From NCBI GenBank assembly GCA_973895155.1, contig OZ316894.1:5294944-5358943 (forward strand): a stretch of 64,000 bases of DNA, in the 5' to 3' direction. A model generated the notes under the pieces. It saw only the letters and a list, made by a program, of their open reading frames with translations. It made no database searches and was not told where the DNA came from. Origin of the DNA: Marsupella aquatica. Lineage: Eukaryota; Plantae; Marchantiophyta. Shown piece after piece: positions 36,901-46,900 of this stretch. Position 1 is the first letter of the stretch. The number at the start of each line of letters is the position of its first letter. The translations under genes were made by a program, and so were the position numbers.

Positions 36901-37361
36901 AATTTGAGGTTCCAACCATTCGAATCCTAACACGGGAAAGGGAAGGGGCAGAAGAAAGTGTCGCTTCACGGATCCAACAGTTGGAGCAACTCACGGAGAC
37001 ACGAGAAGAGGCTTTGACACATACGGAGCAGGAGCAAGGCAAACGCAAGTCACATTACGATTCCCGTCTCCGTCGTGTGTCCATTGAGGAGGGAGATTTG
37101 GTGCTCCTCTACGATAGCCGCTTCATGCATTTCCCCGGGAAGTTGCATACACGGTGGATGGGACCCTACGTAGTGGATGCCGTCTACTCCAACGGCTCGG
37201 TTCAACTCAAGACATTGGAGGGGCAACTACTCAACACACGGATCAATCAAGAGCGCCTAAAGAAGTACTACACGGAGGAAGAGTATGGTGCTCGCGGGGG
37301 CGCTTCGCAATTAAGAGAGGAGCTATGTGACGGGTACCCCGTCACGGGAAGTCACACATAA
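30963..37361 (+). CDS. Ty3/gypsy Gag-Pol polyprotein, intact
   Basis: Gag (FKGRPKDDPDEWIEEFE), three CCHC knuckles, protease VDGGSGVNI, RT (CQDFRKLN, MPFGLCNAP, FIDDF), RNase H (VDVSG, NYSPTDRE), integrase HHCC, DDE and GPY. No chromodomain. The stop codon lies inside the 3' LTR. Confidence 0.97.
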   Translation: MPRGRRGGRGSPQHTRTPRSELEGGPSWIGTRRRVAAEERLRLAEERRLPLVLEEQVGVQQEEAQRNEAICPDEEPDIDHEREEGEPFVLVQSELQNLIPELTALPQIISHLSSVLLPVAQQAPLPPVLIQAPAAPMAAAQRTRVQYVPFKGRPKDDPDEWIEEFEGIAEANGESAHKLTIIPGMMRGEAGPWFISLLANVKADWALFKQAFLKEFRSIGVEATSLLKVGQLRMKKKESLRRFLQRFQKLVRRIQARTDDAMRQAWFVAALPSKMGFFVRQAKPTTLAEAIAAAESYTAADATSKRCRRKKLKPVDSSSSEESSGSDSDSSDESEDSESTTESDTTESEAERRRRKKKKLSKKVKKSSHREVILPTVAVTPLSTARRLKEQEARYDELTEQMKALKVHFAGLKPERRKVPVERANVWCTKCMKFGHAPKECPAGEPAKVFQVREEDVEGASYSNPSYAAEGPIEYFMEEPPEANVYSVQPLNPGPRSIHGVSTNAGAPAYSNYPNANPGNRPPYPGVRKIPICYNCRVAGHYANVCPEPTRQGNGDFARLCQLCKGEGHLAPHCPTLEAFKAQPIGAQEKKGPPPPLKEASVNFLTTEAVDTPLITRREETVVNIPKQRMTTITEEVVPLVVVVSPVVEIPVVVVATSTEVEVANPSPPSHEWTHAENLPEEDSDEERRHYSCYRVSTRSGKKKGKSELKQKYKEVHQASTSGTSHEPEVPPMEDSDFDRDNPKLFYPKVGEEVRKQLEELEAQAMQAAIDKDMEEAKARKKAEERVVRWKPGEEVIPPIPPATAYNIAQDILDCPVSATIGQLLRDSSLYRRQVKEILMRRRRRRRLPKVGADPIQVNWVTEDLGAPELTVDINGCAIRFVPVDGGSGVNIMTEETANRLGYTELEPPARAMRLADGARVVPLGCLTKIPTMIGGKSFPLNYLVMRPVRPYGFPILIGRPWLYVAKVTSDWGKRQFRFGIPTITIPWSAESPHGETTTMEEEYDSEVTSDEDEDEVYMVKLISHLTEEDVFGPGVATQEHAVEESVSQVHAVLEEMEDERSKIVEAEPLEIHDREAEDHPEEVEMQAHTIMFDDEQREQFLNDILDDDFREELLSHYKESDVEEIMAHVTKDPPPSRPDQEESDAPVYGGMRLARLEETFDEETRNKLDVIRPEQYTKVEVGEGKTLNIGSKLDATEQRTIQELLKEYQDVFAWSHQDLKGVPPEFGEHSIDLMSGARPVRQRQYRLNPKYSLMVKEEIDRLLDAGFIYPVMHSEWVSPIVIVPKKKGPDGKVKIRVCQDFRKLNDATKKDHYPLPFTDIVLDMVAGWEIYSFLDGYSGYNQIWIREEDQLKTAFTTEWGIFAFRRMPFGLCNAPGMFQRLMMNIFHDFLRRFLEIFIDDFAVYGKRVKHPEHLRLTFQRCRETCLKLHPEKCFFGIEEGILLGHKVSARGIEVDREKVAVWVAVSFPKNVKEVRGFLGCVGYYRRFIKDFAKVAMPLTSMLKKGSEFEPTPSRQAAFDELKKRLLEAPVLITPNWNKEFHVYVDVSGFCIGAVLSQLDDDGRDHPIYFASRQLAPAEKNYSPTDREALGIIYACKKYRHYLLGYKVVFHTDHNSLKYMVNKPDLSGRIARWVLLLQEFNYEVRVRSGKSHSNADFFSRIEGASDSQEIDDRFPDEEVFSVNTEATTWYGEILEFLRTARVPSRLGPERAAVFLRKTGPYLLVKGVLHKYGMDGRLRRCLEEAEIRTVMAALHEEEAGGHFARETTARKILDAGYWWPTLFRDVHRYIQRCDPCQRQGKPGPSSRHPLVPILPLAPFEKWGVDFIGPFTPITRRGRKRYIILATDYATKWVEARATAKDDANTTARFLYEQIFTRFGPPLELVSDRGTHFLNHTIERLTENYLISHRKTTPYHPRANGLTERANGIMGKILNKTVSAHKTDWDLKLLAATYAYNLAHKTTTGHSPYFLVFGQHSLVPVEFEVPTIRILTREREGAEESVASRIQQLEQLTETREEALTHTEQEQGKRKSHYDSRLRRVSIEEGDLVLLYDSRFMHFPGKLHTRWMGPYVVDAVYSNGSVQLKTLEGQLLNTRINQERLKKYYTEEEYGARGGASQLREELCDGYPVTGSHT
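37313..37322 (+). promoter_or_regulatory. gypsy polypurine tract, inside the integrase coding sequence
   Basis: aagagaggag ends 3 nt before the 3' LTR start at 37326. Confidence 0.75.
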
Positions 37362-40300
37362 CTGGTTGCAAAGGCCGATACCTTGTTAATAGTCAATGTA
37401 AATAAGCCATTTTTTAATTTTTAGTTAATTCCGTCATTATAGGTTGATGATGCCCCAGGTGACTTTATATTCTTTCTCTCATAATAGTTCTAAGATTTGC
37501 GGCGACCTAAGTGGGCAAATATTTTGGGACCTTGAAACTAGCCAGGACCAGCCCCATAGGACTTACCGTTTTGCTTCAAGAGCTATTGTTGAGACCCCCA
37601 TTGCAAAGTCAGGAGAGGGGGGGGTTTTTTTTTAAATAAATCCCTCCTCAGGAGGGCGAGTCCCATTAGTGGCCGTCCGAGAGAAAGAGGGGCTGCCTCG
37701 CGAGCCCATAGGGCTGCGTGCCCGGGCGATTAATGGGGCTCCGCGAGCTGAAGGGGCTGCCTCGCGAGCCCATAGGGCTGCGTGCCCGGGCAATTAATGA
37801 GGTCCCGCGAGCTGGGAGGATCACGCGAGCGGGGGGGAGTTAAAGGGCCTCCCGCGAGCTGGGAGGATCACGCGAGCGGGGGGGAGTTAAAGGGCCTCCC
37901 GCGAGCTGGGAGGATCACGCGAGCGGGGGGGAGTTAAAGGGCCTCCCGCGAGCTGGGAGGATCACGCGAGCGGGGGGGAGTTGAAGGGCCTCCCGCGAGC
38001 CGGGAGGAATGGCCGCGCGCCCTGCATAGGGCCGCGCGCAGGAGGACGCAAGGGTAAGGCCCGAGAAATGGGCCGGGGCGCATGGCGAAGGCGCCAGGAG
38101 TTTTTTCGGTTCTATTTTTTTTTCCTTCCTTTTTCTTTCCCTCTTCCTTTTGCACGACCCTCTCATTGCCGAAAGCAAAAACGGGGTTCTTCTCTCTCTT
38201 GCCGGAAGCTCTCTCCAGATTCTAATTATTTTTGAAGCTCTCTCTTTCATGGTGGATTAGTGGGGCTTGCTGGCGTCATTCTTCCAGGCATTAGTGGCGG
38301 CCGCACGGAGTAGTGACGGGAAATTGAGAGAATTTAAGTGATCGGGCTACGGGGGCTGTTTCGGGCCAGGGAATTGACATTGCCACGGGTGACGGGATTG
38401 GTGATTGAGAAATTGATTTCGGGATGCATGGATGCTAGATCAACCAGAGTTTAGTGCGTCACGCATTCGGAGATACAAGGCTGCTTACCGTGACTACGTG
38501 GAGACTCGGATTACACGGGAAAGGGAAGAGAGAGAAGTTATGATGAGCACGGGATTGGCAGCGGGTTCCTCACCGGTGGGTAGGAAGATTTTTCGTCGAA
38601 TTTATCCCAAGACCTCCACCAAGGTGATGGAGGATTGTCGGAACATTTTCCAAGCCACCGGGCTTACAGAATTCATGAAGGTGGAGATTACCATCCCTTC
38701 AGGGAAGAGCTGGGACATTGAGGCCGGGATGGAGTTCCGAACGGAGGGAATCTACTTTGAATGTCTCAAACGTGTAGTGCCCCATGTGGAGTTGGCTAAG
38801 CTATTGTTTCTTGAGAATCAGAAATTCTCATTCACACCTCGGAATATCAGGGGAGAACTCACGTTGAAAATGGTGGCCACTTGGGTGACCAATCCTACCT
38901 CCACCACCGCCATCCCTCTTTCTGCTGTCAAGGATGTTGAGTATAAGGGCTTCCTGGCCAAGGTGCATCAACGGGTTCTTGGCAACGTGCAATCCGGAGT
39001 GCTGAATGAGGAGCATTTCGTGGTAGCTATGGACATCAAGAACTACCCAGCCCATGTGTACGGATGGTGGTGCTACGGATTGAAGAAGCTATTGGCCGCT
39101 GAGCCCGGGAGTGTGAAACCAGGTGGGGCTGTACATTTGATGGGGTCATTTGTATTGGCCAGGGCAGAAGGGTTGATTGGTTCTCCGGGGCATGAAGACA
39201 CGGGATCATCTCTCACCACGGAGATCCGGAGTATTGCCACTACCGTTTTAGGGAAGCTCACGGAGGAATCATTGTCTGCTGGTGGGGAGGATAATAGAGA
39301 AGAAGAGAACCAGGAGGATGATTGCACATTGGAGTGGCTTGAATCACTCGTGGGAGATCCGAAACAGCCTCTGGAATACAACATTCCGGATGTTTACTTG
39401 GCAGAGCTACGGGATTTCAGAGAGGGAGTCCACGAGGGACTCAAGCTAGTCCACGCATTGAGGGAGTCTCTCAAGCACGCCACAGTCAAAGTAGAGACGT
39501 TAGAGCAGAGCATCCTGTCACTGAAGGAGGTGATCAAGACCAAGGAGCAGACCATTCATGAGAAGGTCAGGCACATCAATGCAGCTCACGTAGAGATCAC
39601 CAACTTGAAGGGAGCTTTGTCCACCAAGGCCAAGGAAGCAGAAGAAGTAGGAGCGTTGAGGCAAGCATTGGCCAAAGAGAAGCAAAATTCTGGAGAAGTG
39701 ATGGAGTGGAGGAACCAGGTGGGAGCACTACGGAGTCAGGTGGCAGCCTTTGAGACACGAGCGAAGAGAAGTGAGGCCCTGAGTCTAGGGAAACGGAAGA
39801 GTCCCGGCACACCTGGCTCCACACTTTCCCCGGATGTGATCTCCCAAGCTATCGAGATGGTGGTGAAGGAGGTTAGTGGGAAGTATGGACCCTTGTTGGA
39901 TGGAGCCAAGAAGAGTCAGGAGAAGAGTAAGAGCTTGGAGAAGAAGCTCCGGGAGGTACGGAAATCGTTACGGGAGGCTCAGGTCAGTACGGGGATGCCA
40001 CCCAGGTCTGTCACCCCCGGGACTCCCATGGCCACGGGGCAAGTTCTACCGTTGGAGTTGCGGTCCGGAGAAGAGGCTACCCTCTGGAAGGACACAATTG
40101 GTGAGGGGTACATCAAGGCGTGGCAGGCCTTGGCTGCTTTGAGGAAGCGCGGGAGCAGCAGCACTAAGAGTACTCCGTCGAAGAAGAAGAAAAGTACGGT
40201 GGCACTCACTCCCGTGAGTGATGAGGAGGAGGACCACTCACGGGGCACAAGTCCGGGCACCGAGAGCGAAGAAGAAGAGGAGGATTAGATAGGCGTACGG

Positions 40301-41399
40301 ACGTGGGTGTACGGCCTCCAGATTTCCAACATTTTAGTGGGGGGTCACTCATGGGCTTGTTGGGATGAGCTCGCGGAGCTGATTCCAACAAGAGGCGGCG
40401 CTCCTCAAACGGAGCCAGGATGAGCAAGTTATGGCCTGGAGAACTTATGTTTTTGCGGTACGGAAACGGCCATAACTCAGGCGTCTGAAGTCCGTTGAGG
40501 GAGCGACTTAGTGATTCGGAAGCAGGAAAAGAAGAGCTATCCAGGGGTGAGCTCAGGTGTGCACTTGGAAGGGCACCTAGTTTCGGCCATTTTGGGGTGC
40601 CTCTCACTTTCAGGGTTCACGTGTACTGTTGGGGCGCCGTCGAAGGCACCGTCGGCCCCCTTGTTTTGGGTTTAGGGTTTTAGCAGCATGTGTGTGCCGC
40701 ATGCTCCTCTTCAGTTTAAGGATTTCTCTTAGTGCAAGGTTTTAGCGGCGCCGCTAGGGTAGCCGCCACCGTTGTGACCCTGTGAGGGGTGCTTTGGTGT
40801 GATTTTTCAGTATTTAGGGGGATAGCCCCGAAGTAGTTAGGGGGACTCAGTGTGAAGTTAGCAAGGAGGGATAGAGTGGAGCCTGAGGAGTTTGAAAGCG
40901 TGTTCAGAGTAGTGAGGGGGAGCCATACTCATTGTCCGGAGAGGCAGGAGTTGAGTAGACGGCAGGAGGCCGGGTTACTCATGCAATGTGTATCGTTTTT
41001 CCCAAGAGATATGGATCTGTACATTTGACTTGATGGGCTTTTGTTGTGTGTTCCTTCTCCCTTTTTCGCTTTCCGAATTGTGTTCTCCCGTTCTATGATT
41101 TGAAGAAACTTGCTTGGTTTGAGTCGGCCTTGTGAGTAGGGGTGGTGACAGCACTCTTTGGGTGACTCCGAGTGAAGGTGTAGTGGGGTAGTCGGCAGGA
41201 CTTGATCAAAAGCTGTGGGGTGAGGGTAGTCGGTAGACTTGATCAAAACCTACATTTCCGGGAGCGGAAACCAAAATACTCATCCTGGTGTGAAAAGAAT
41301 CCAAATAGCGTCCCTCCACGACCCCGTAATACGATACCAACGGTTTAAGCGAAGAAAAGTGCGGTTTGCACGTATTAACCGTTGGAGAGGCAAGTGACA
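37326..41399 (+). repeat. gypsy 3' LTR (4074 bp)
   Basis: Near-identical to 26634-30707 and followed by TSD TTTTG. Confidence 0.97.
38432..40288 (+). CDS. LTR-encoded 618-aa accessory protein, 3' LTR copy
   Basis: Same ORF as 27740-29596 apart from one Q/R change (FRQIY vs FRRIY) and one silent change. Confidence 0.9.
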   Translation: MLDQPEFSASRIRRYKAAYRDYVETRITREREEREVMMSTGLAAGSSPVGRKIFRRIYPKTSTKVMEDCRNIFQATGLTEFMKVEITIPSGKSWDIEAGMEFRTEGIYFECLKRVVPHVELAKLLFLENQKFSFTPRNIRGELTLKMVATWVTNPTSTTAIPLSAVKDVEYKGFLAKVHQRVLGNVQSGVLNEEHFVVAMDIKNYPAHVYGWWCYGLKKLLAAEPGSVKPGGAVHLMGSFVLARAEGLIGSPGHEDTGSSLTTEIRSIATTVLGKLTEESLSAGGEDNREEENQEDDCTLEWLESLVGDPKQPLEYNIPDVYLAELRDFREGVHEGLKLVHALRESLKHATVKVETLEQSILSLKEVIKTKEQTIHEKVRHINAAHVEITNLKGALSTKAKEAEEVGALRQALAKEKQNSGEVMEWRNQVGALRSQVAAFETRAKRSEALSLGKRKSPGTPGSTLSPDVISQAIEMVVKEVSGKYGPLLDGAKKSQEKSKSLEKKLREVRKSLREAQVSTGMPPRSVTPGTPMATGQVLPLELRSGEEATLWKDTIGEGYIKAWQALAALRKRGSSSTKSTPSKKKKSTVALTPVSDEEEDHSRGTSPGTESEEEEED

Positions 41400-41923
41400 T
41401 TTTGTCAAAACCTGAGTGAGATATCTTGCGTTTGGTGTTGAGGGGTACATTCTACCGTGTGTATTTTCTGCGCGCGCGACCAGATTTTGACGACGAAGGG
41501 TGCTAGGGGGTTTTGGGGGTTCGAGGACATGTGTCAGCCCCTCAATTGCTCTTCCAAAATCCCAGCAGGGCCTGTACAAGGGTCATAGAATATTCCAAAA
41601 AACCAGAGAGCTATTTTTTGTCCGTCCGTCAAAGATTCCGTCTGCCGGAAGATAATTTTTTTTGTTCGTCTTCGGCAAGTTGCTAGCCATCGGAGTTGGC
41701 AACGTGGTGCACAAATTTAATTGCATTTCAAACGTCGGGTACTAGTTCACATTTTGGTTATTCCCCGAGGTGGTCAAAACGGGGGAGAATTCCATGTTTT
41801 ACCCACCCCGACCGAAAAGTGAATAACTTTTACGTCGGAGTTTGGTTTTGATTTTAGTTTTCAGCATTGGAAAGCTAGGCTTGTGGGCTACGTTGCGGTG
41901 ATAACTTTTGAGTTTTTTAAGAA

Positions 41924-43791
41924 TGTAGTTTGCTATGAAGAACCAAAAACACACTTAAAGGTCTTCAAACTCGGTATTCGTTCCCATAAAGAACAAGATG
42001 GGGTTGGTTTGATAGATTTAAACAATAATAAAGAACTAAAAATGTTTTCCATACATAGTAATCAAGTTTGATTACTTTAATAAGGTATTTTGAAGATCGC
42101 TCCACAGCGGTGAGTAGTTTTCAATGATAACTCAGCATCAGGTAACCATAAATTAATGAAAAAAGAATGATTAACAAAACACAAGAGAAAATAATCTCAA
42201 AGTATGCTAAGGGAGTCTGGAATAGACCAAGGTTACTCCTTAGACATAAGTCAAAATGAAAAGACTTAAGGATTCAAATCCATATTGTTTTTCAGATCTA
42301 AACTGCTTACTAGAGTACCTTTTAAAATGCCGTCAACATGTCTTATCCTTTCTTTCTAAGTGGTACTCAGATAAGATCTAAAAGAGAGGCTACTTCAACA
42401 TTTAGATGGTACTAAGCAACATGAAAGAAAATCCATCAATTCCAATAAGACTTAAACTCAATGAGTTAACTTTAAGAACTCAGGAAATTGTAATGAGTTA
42501 CCAAAGAGGAATCTGTCATCACAAGATCCAAAGATTTCTTACAAATGGATTTTACTTCCTGTGTTTATAATCAAAGGTAAAAACACAAGAAGGAGGTAAG
42601 TCTCTCCAAATGTTAAACCTGATCTCAAACTCATAGATTCATGATCAACTAGTTTAACACAAGGAAAAGGCAAAAATGCATAACTTAACCATCCTTCTAC
42701 ACTAGTGGTGGAGGGGTCTTATAGTAAAAGCCTACAGGGTAAGAGGTCATAGGGTCGAAGAGACATGCCTCTTCATACTCCTCAAAAAGTCAAAACAGCG
42801 ATTCAGTAAGTGAAAAGCCGGGAAATGGCTAAGTAAGAACCCGTAAAAGCGTAAAAGCGTAAAGACGTAATCGCGTAAAAGCGTAAAGACGTAATCGCGT
42901 AAAAGCGTAATCTGGTGAATGCGGTAGACTTAAAGACTTACCGAATTCAACTATTTTTAACTTTCTACTCCTAGCTCGGAAAATTCTGAAATTTTGCCAG
43001 TAGGTTTTCCTAGGTACAGACTACACACTAAATAAGTTTCATAGCTTTTAAAGCTCTATAACACATTTTGAAAAATAGGAAAAGATGCACTATTCTTAAA
43101 ACTTAAATAAAAAGACTTAGATTCTGCCTCAAGCTTGTTGTCGGATGTCTTCTAGTTCGAGTAGCTCCACGAGAGTAACAGTCCGAGCTTGAGTAACTTC
43201 CATCAGCTCAGCCTGGCGTGGGGATCCTCGAGAGTAGGGTAGGCATCTCAATTGCCTTTGAGGATACATCAAAGGCATCCTCTTCATCAAATAACATGAG
43301 TCTATACGAAGAGCTTCTCTGTACATCCCGATCACATCATAGTTGTTGCAGGTAGCAGCATACACTTGGGGATAATGAGACAGGAACTCATCACTATTCA
43401 TCATCCTGGAATAGAAGGGTCGAAGTCTCCATTTGACATCTCTGAAATATCGGTTGAAGCTGGCCAGAGTTTGAGAGGTAAGGTGGAAGAAAAGTCAGTA
43501 ATGAGCGCCTATATCTTGCATTCCTTCCCTTCCAAGGTGAGCTCTTCATCCGTTGTGGAGTCCCGTTGAACTAGCCGTAAGATATCACGATCATAGGGTC
43601 GCCAACTCTTGAGGCGTAACTCGTAAAGCAGTGAACTAGTAAACTCGTAAACTGAGTTTACTCGTAACTTAGGAACTTAGTAACTTTGAATGTTGTTTCA
43701 GTTACAGTTAGCAATAATTGCAGTCTAAACACCATAAAAAATTTAAAAATTTTCAGTTTCTTCATGATTTTGGAATTACCCACTACTTACA
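41924..43791. mobile_element. Probable solo LTR (1868 bp) of a different retrotransposon family, in the copia 5' UTR
   Basis: Begins TGTA, ends TACA, and is flanked by the 5-bp direct repeat AAGAA (41919-41923, 43792-43796). AT-rich, with no RT or transposase. Orientation uncertain. Confidence 0.7.
42842..42913. repeat. 8-bp-period array, 9 x CGTAAnnn, with a 24-bp higher-order unit
   Basis: cgtaaaag cgtaaaag cgtaaaga cgtaatcg cgtaaaag cgtaaaga cgtaatcg cgtaaaag cgtaatct. Confidence 0.92.
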
Positions 43792-43942
43792 AAGAAGTTG
43801 AGAAAAATGTCATTTTTTCTTGATTTCTCACATGAGTGACTTGGAGGAGGGTTCTATTGAGTCACCGGAGAGAACAGAGGAGGAAGCAGAAGATCTAGCG
43901 GAATTGTGGTCACCGGTATTGCGGTGAGTGACAAGAAAAAGG

Positions 43943-46900
43943 ATGGGAACAATCAAGCTTGGAGGTCCCAAGTTTGAGGTTACGAAATACGATGGCCGTA
44001 TGGACTACTTGTTGTGGGAGCGACAAGTGAAGGGGGTACTCCGTGCGACCGGGCTTGGGAAATTGCTGAAGGACCAGCCAAATGATGTCGACAATGATAA
44101 CTGACATGACATGCAGGAGCAGGGTGTGAGCACCGTGATGCTCTATCTTCAGCCTAATGTCATCAAGCAGGTGGTAGACCATGTCGATTATGCATCATTG
44201 TTTGCCGCGTTGGAGCAAAAGTACCATCAGAAGGAGCTGTCAAATCGGCTCTACACGTCTTTGAAGCTGATGAGCTTCAAGATGAAGGAGGAAAGTGCAA
44301 AGATTCAGGACCATATCGATGGTTTCAACGACCTGGTCGTTGATTTGCAAAATCTGGGGGAGGATTTGAGTGATGAGAGACAGGCTCTTCACTTGCTTAG
44401 CTCTTTACCCTCGTCGTATCAGTCATTGTCACGAGTGTTGCTTCATCGTGACAAGAAGACTATCACTTACAATGAAGTTGTAAGTGCTCTATTGACTGAT
44501 GACTTGCAGCAAAAATTGACCATGCCCTCTCAGCCATCATCGTCGTCTGGTGCTGCCTTGAATGTGAATCATGGGAGGCCACAAAAGTATCCAGAGCAGC
44601 GCACGAATGGCAGGGGAATAAGTAAATCTACGACAAGATTTGCTTCAAGGGGGAAGTCCCAGGAGAGAAAGCTAGTAGTCTGCTGGAAGTGTCACAAGGT
44701 TGGTCACGTTAAGAGGGATTGTAAGGGTACGGCAGCTAAATCTTCATCAGCCAATGTGGCTAGTGCAGATGGAGAAGTTGATTTACTCAATGATGAGTAT
44801 GTTTTATGAAGCCAGGAGTATGCCCTGTGCACATCATCTAGGAGAGCAAACGATGTGTGGATTCTTGATTGTGCTTGCTCCTTTCACATTTGTTACATTC
44901 GTGAGTATTTCAATTCTTACTCTATTTCAAACGATTCAGTTCTGATGGGAAATGATCACTCCTGTCGAGTTGAGGGTATTGGGTCTGTAAAGATTCAAAT
45001 GTTTGGAGTCAGGTTTGTACCTGGCATGCGTAAAAATTTGATTTCACTCGGTGTGTTGGATACAAATGGTCATCAATGGCGAGTAGTTGATGGTGAACTT
45101 CAAGTCATGCCAGGAGAGACAGTGATTTTGAAGGGGAGCAGACAGAAGAATTTGTATGTGCTGCAGGGCAATACAGTATGTGGAGAGGCCAATGTAACCA
45201 AGTCTCACGAGGAAATGACTCAATTGTGGTATTCACGGCTAGGCCACATGAGTGAGAAGGGTTTGGCTATCTTGCGGAAGAATGAGCTCATTTTTGATTT
45301 GCAGTCTTGTAAATTGGAATTCTGTGAGCATTGCATTTTTGGAAAGCAGCATCGTCGTGCTTTCAATGTTGGAACTCATCATTCCAAAGCGGTTCTTGAG
45401 TACATACATAGTGACGTGTGGGGATCATCCCCGACTCCCTCACATTCTGGAAAATTGTACTATGTATCCTTCATTGACGATTACTCAAGATTTGTATGGA
45501 CTTATTTCATGACGCATAAGTCTGATATCTTGTCCATTTTTACAAAGTGGAAGGCCCAAGTGGAGAATCAGACAGGAAACACGGTTAAGTGTTTGGATAC
45601 CAGGGTGAAGAGTCTAAGGTCAGACAACGGCGGGGAGTACACTTCAATAGAATTTGAAGAGTATTGTGCAGAACAGGGGATAACTCGCCATCTCACCACA
45701 GTTTATAATCCGCAGCAAAATGATGTCGCTGAGAGGCTCAATCAAACACTATTGGAGCGGTCACGGAGTATGCTGAGCCAATCAGGTTTATCACAGGAAT
45801 TTTGGGCAGAAGCTGTCAATACTGCAGCTTATTTGGTAAATCTTTTTCCTTCTAGTGCAATCAATTTCGAAACGCCGTTTGAAATGCGTTATAAGCGGCA
45901 ATTAGACTATCATGGCTTGGTAGTTTTTGGAAGTGATGCATATGCTCTCACACCAAAGCAGAATAAGACCAAGTTGGATCCTACATCCAAGAAATATATT
46001 TTTCTTGGGTATCAAAGTGGTGTGAAGGCCTACAGGCTATGGGATCCTATTGCCTGTAAGCTTGTTGTCAGTAGGGATGTTTCCTTCAATGAATCCAGAT
46101 TATTGAAGGAGGGGGAGAATACTTAGGTCTCCCGAACTGACAAAGGAAAATCTCCTATCCCGGATCTCGTTGAGGGGGAGATTGATCATGAGGTACATGA
46201 TTGGAGAGAAGGAGGTGCTCCAAGCATGGAGCTGGTTCCTATGCCAGAGGAACAAGAGGAGTTTGTTGATGCTGGTGAGCAGCAAGTGGATGCTGCTGAG
46301 CTTCAAATTGTACCAGTAGACGCAATTCAACTGGAGTCATCGACTAGAAGAACATTTGGTCGCACTGTACGCGCTCCTCCTAGGTATGGACAATGGGTTG
46401 ATTCATCTCAATTGCAAGAGGACGATTTTGCAGCTGATGATGAGGATGATGCGTTGGTTTTAGAAGAAGGGGAACCTTCTTCATTTCATGAGGCAAGTGC
46501 TTCAAAGGAGAAGCAAGAGTGGACTGCAGCAATGCAAATGGAGATGCAGTCACTGAAGGACAACAAAACTTGGGAGCTTGTTAAGCTGCCTAAGGGTTAG
46601 CAAGTGGTGGACAACAAGTGGATTTACAAGCTGAAGGATAATTCTGTAGGAGGTGGATCGAAGGTCTACAAGGCTAGGTTGGTAGCAAAGGGATTCACAC
46701 AAGAGAAAGGTGTGGATTACAATGAGGTCTTTTCACCAGTTGCTAAGTACTCTACAATACGGCTATTGTGTGTGCTTGTTGTAATGTTTGGTCTGTTGCT
46801 AGATCAGATGGATGTTGTCACAACTTTCCTCTATGGCACCTTGGAAGAGGTGATCTTCATGAGACAACTGCTAGGTTTTGTGAAGAGAGGACAAGAAGAA

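Larger units (their letters stand above)
26634..41399 (+). mobile_element. Intact Ty3/gypsy non-chromoviral (Athila-like) LTR retrotransposon with 4074-bp gene-containing LTRs
   Basis: LTRs 26634-30707 and 37326-41399 (TGTGAC...GTGACA), TSD TTTTG (26629-26633, 41400-41404), PBS, PPT and a single 2132-aa gag-pol ORF. Confidence 0.97.

Noticed and set aside
26634-41399. 4-kb direct repeat as an assembly artefact or ordinary segmental duplication
   Set aside because: TG..CA ends, a 5-bp TSD, PBS and PPT at the expected inner edges and two distinguishing substitutions all fit genuine LTRs.
44807-44809. In-frame TGA between copia gag and protease as programmed readthrough
   Set aside because: Five other in-frame stops show general decay and no CARYYA readthrough context follows. 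Cannot be supported without other copies.
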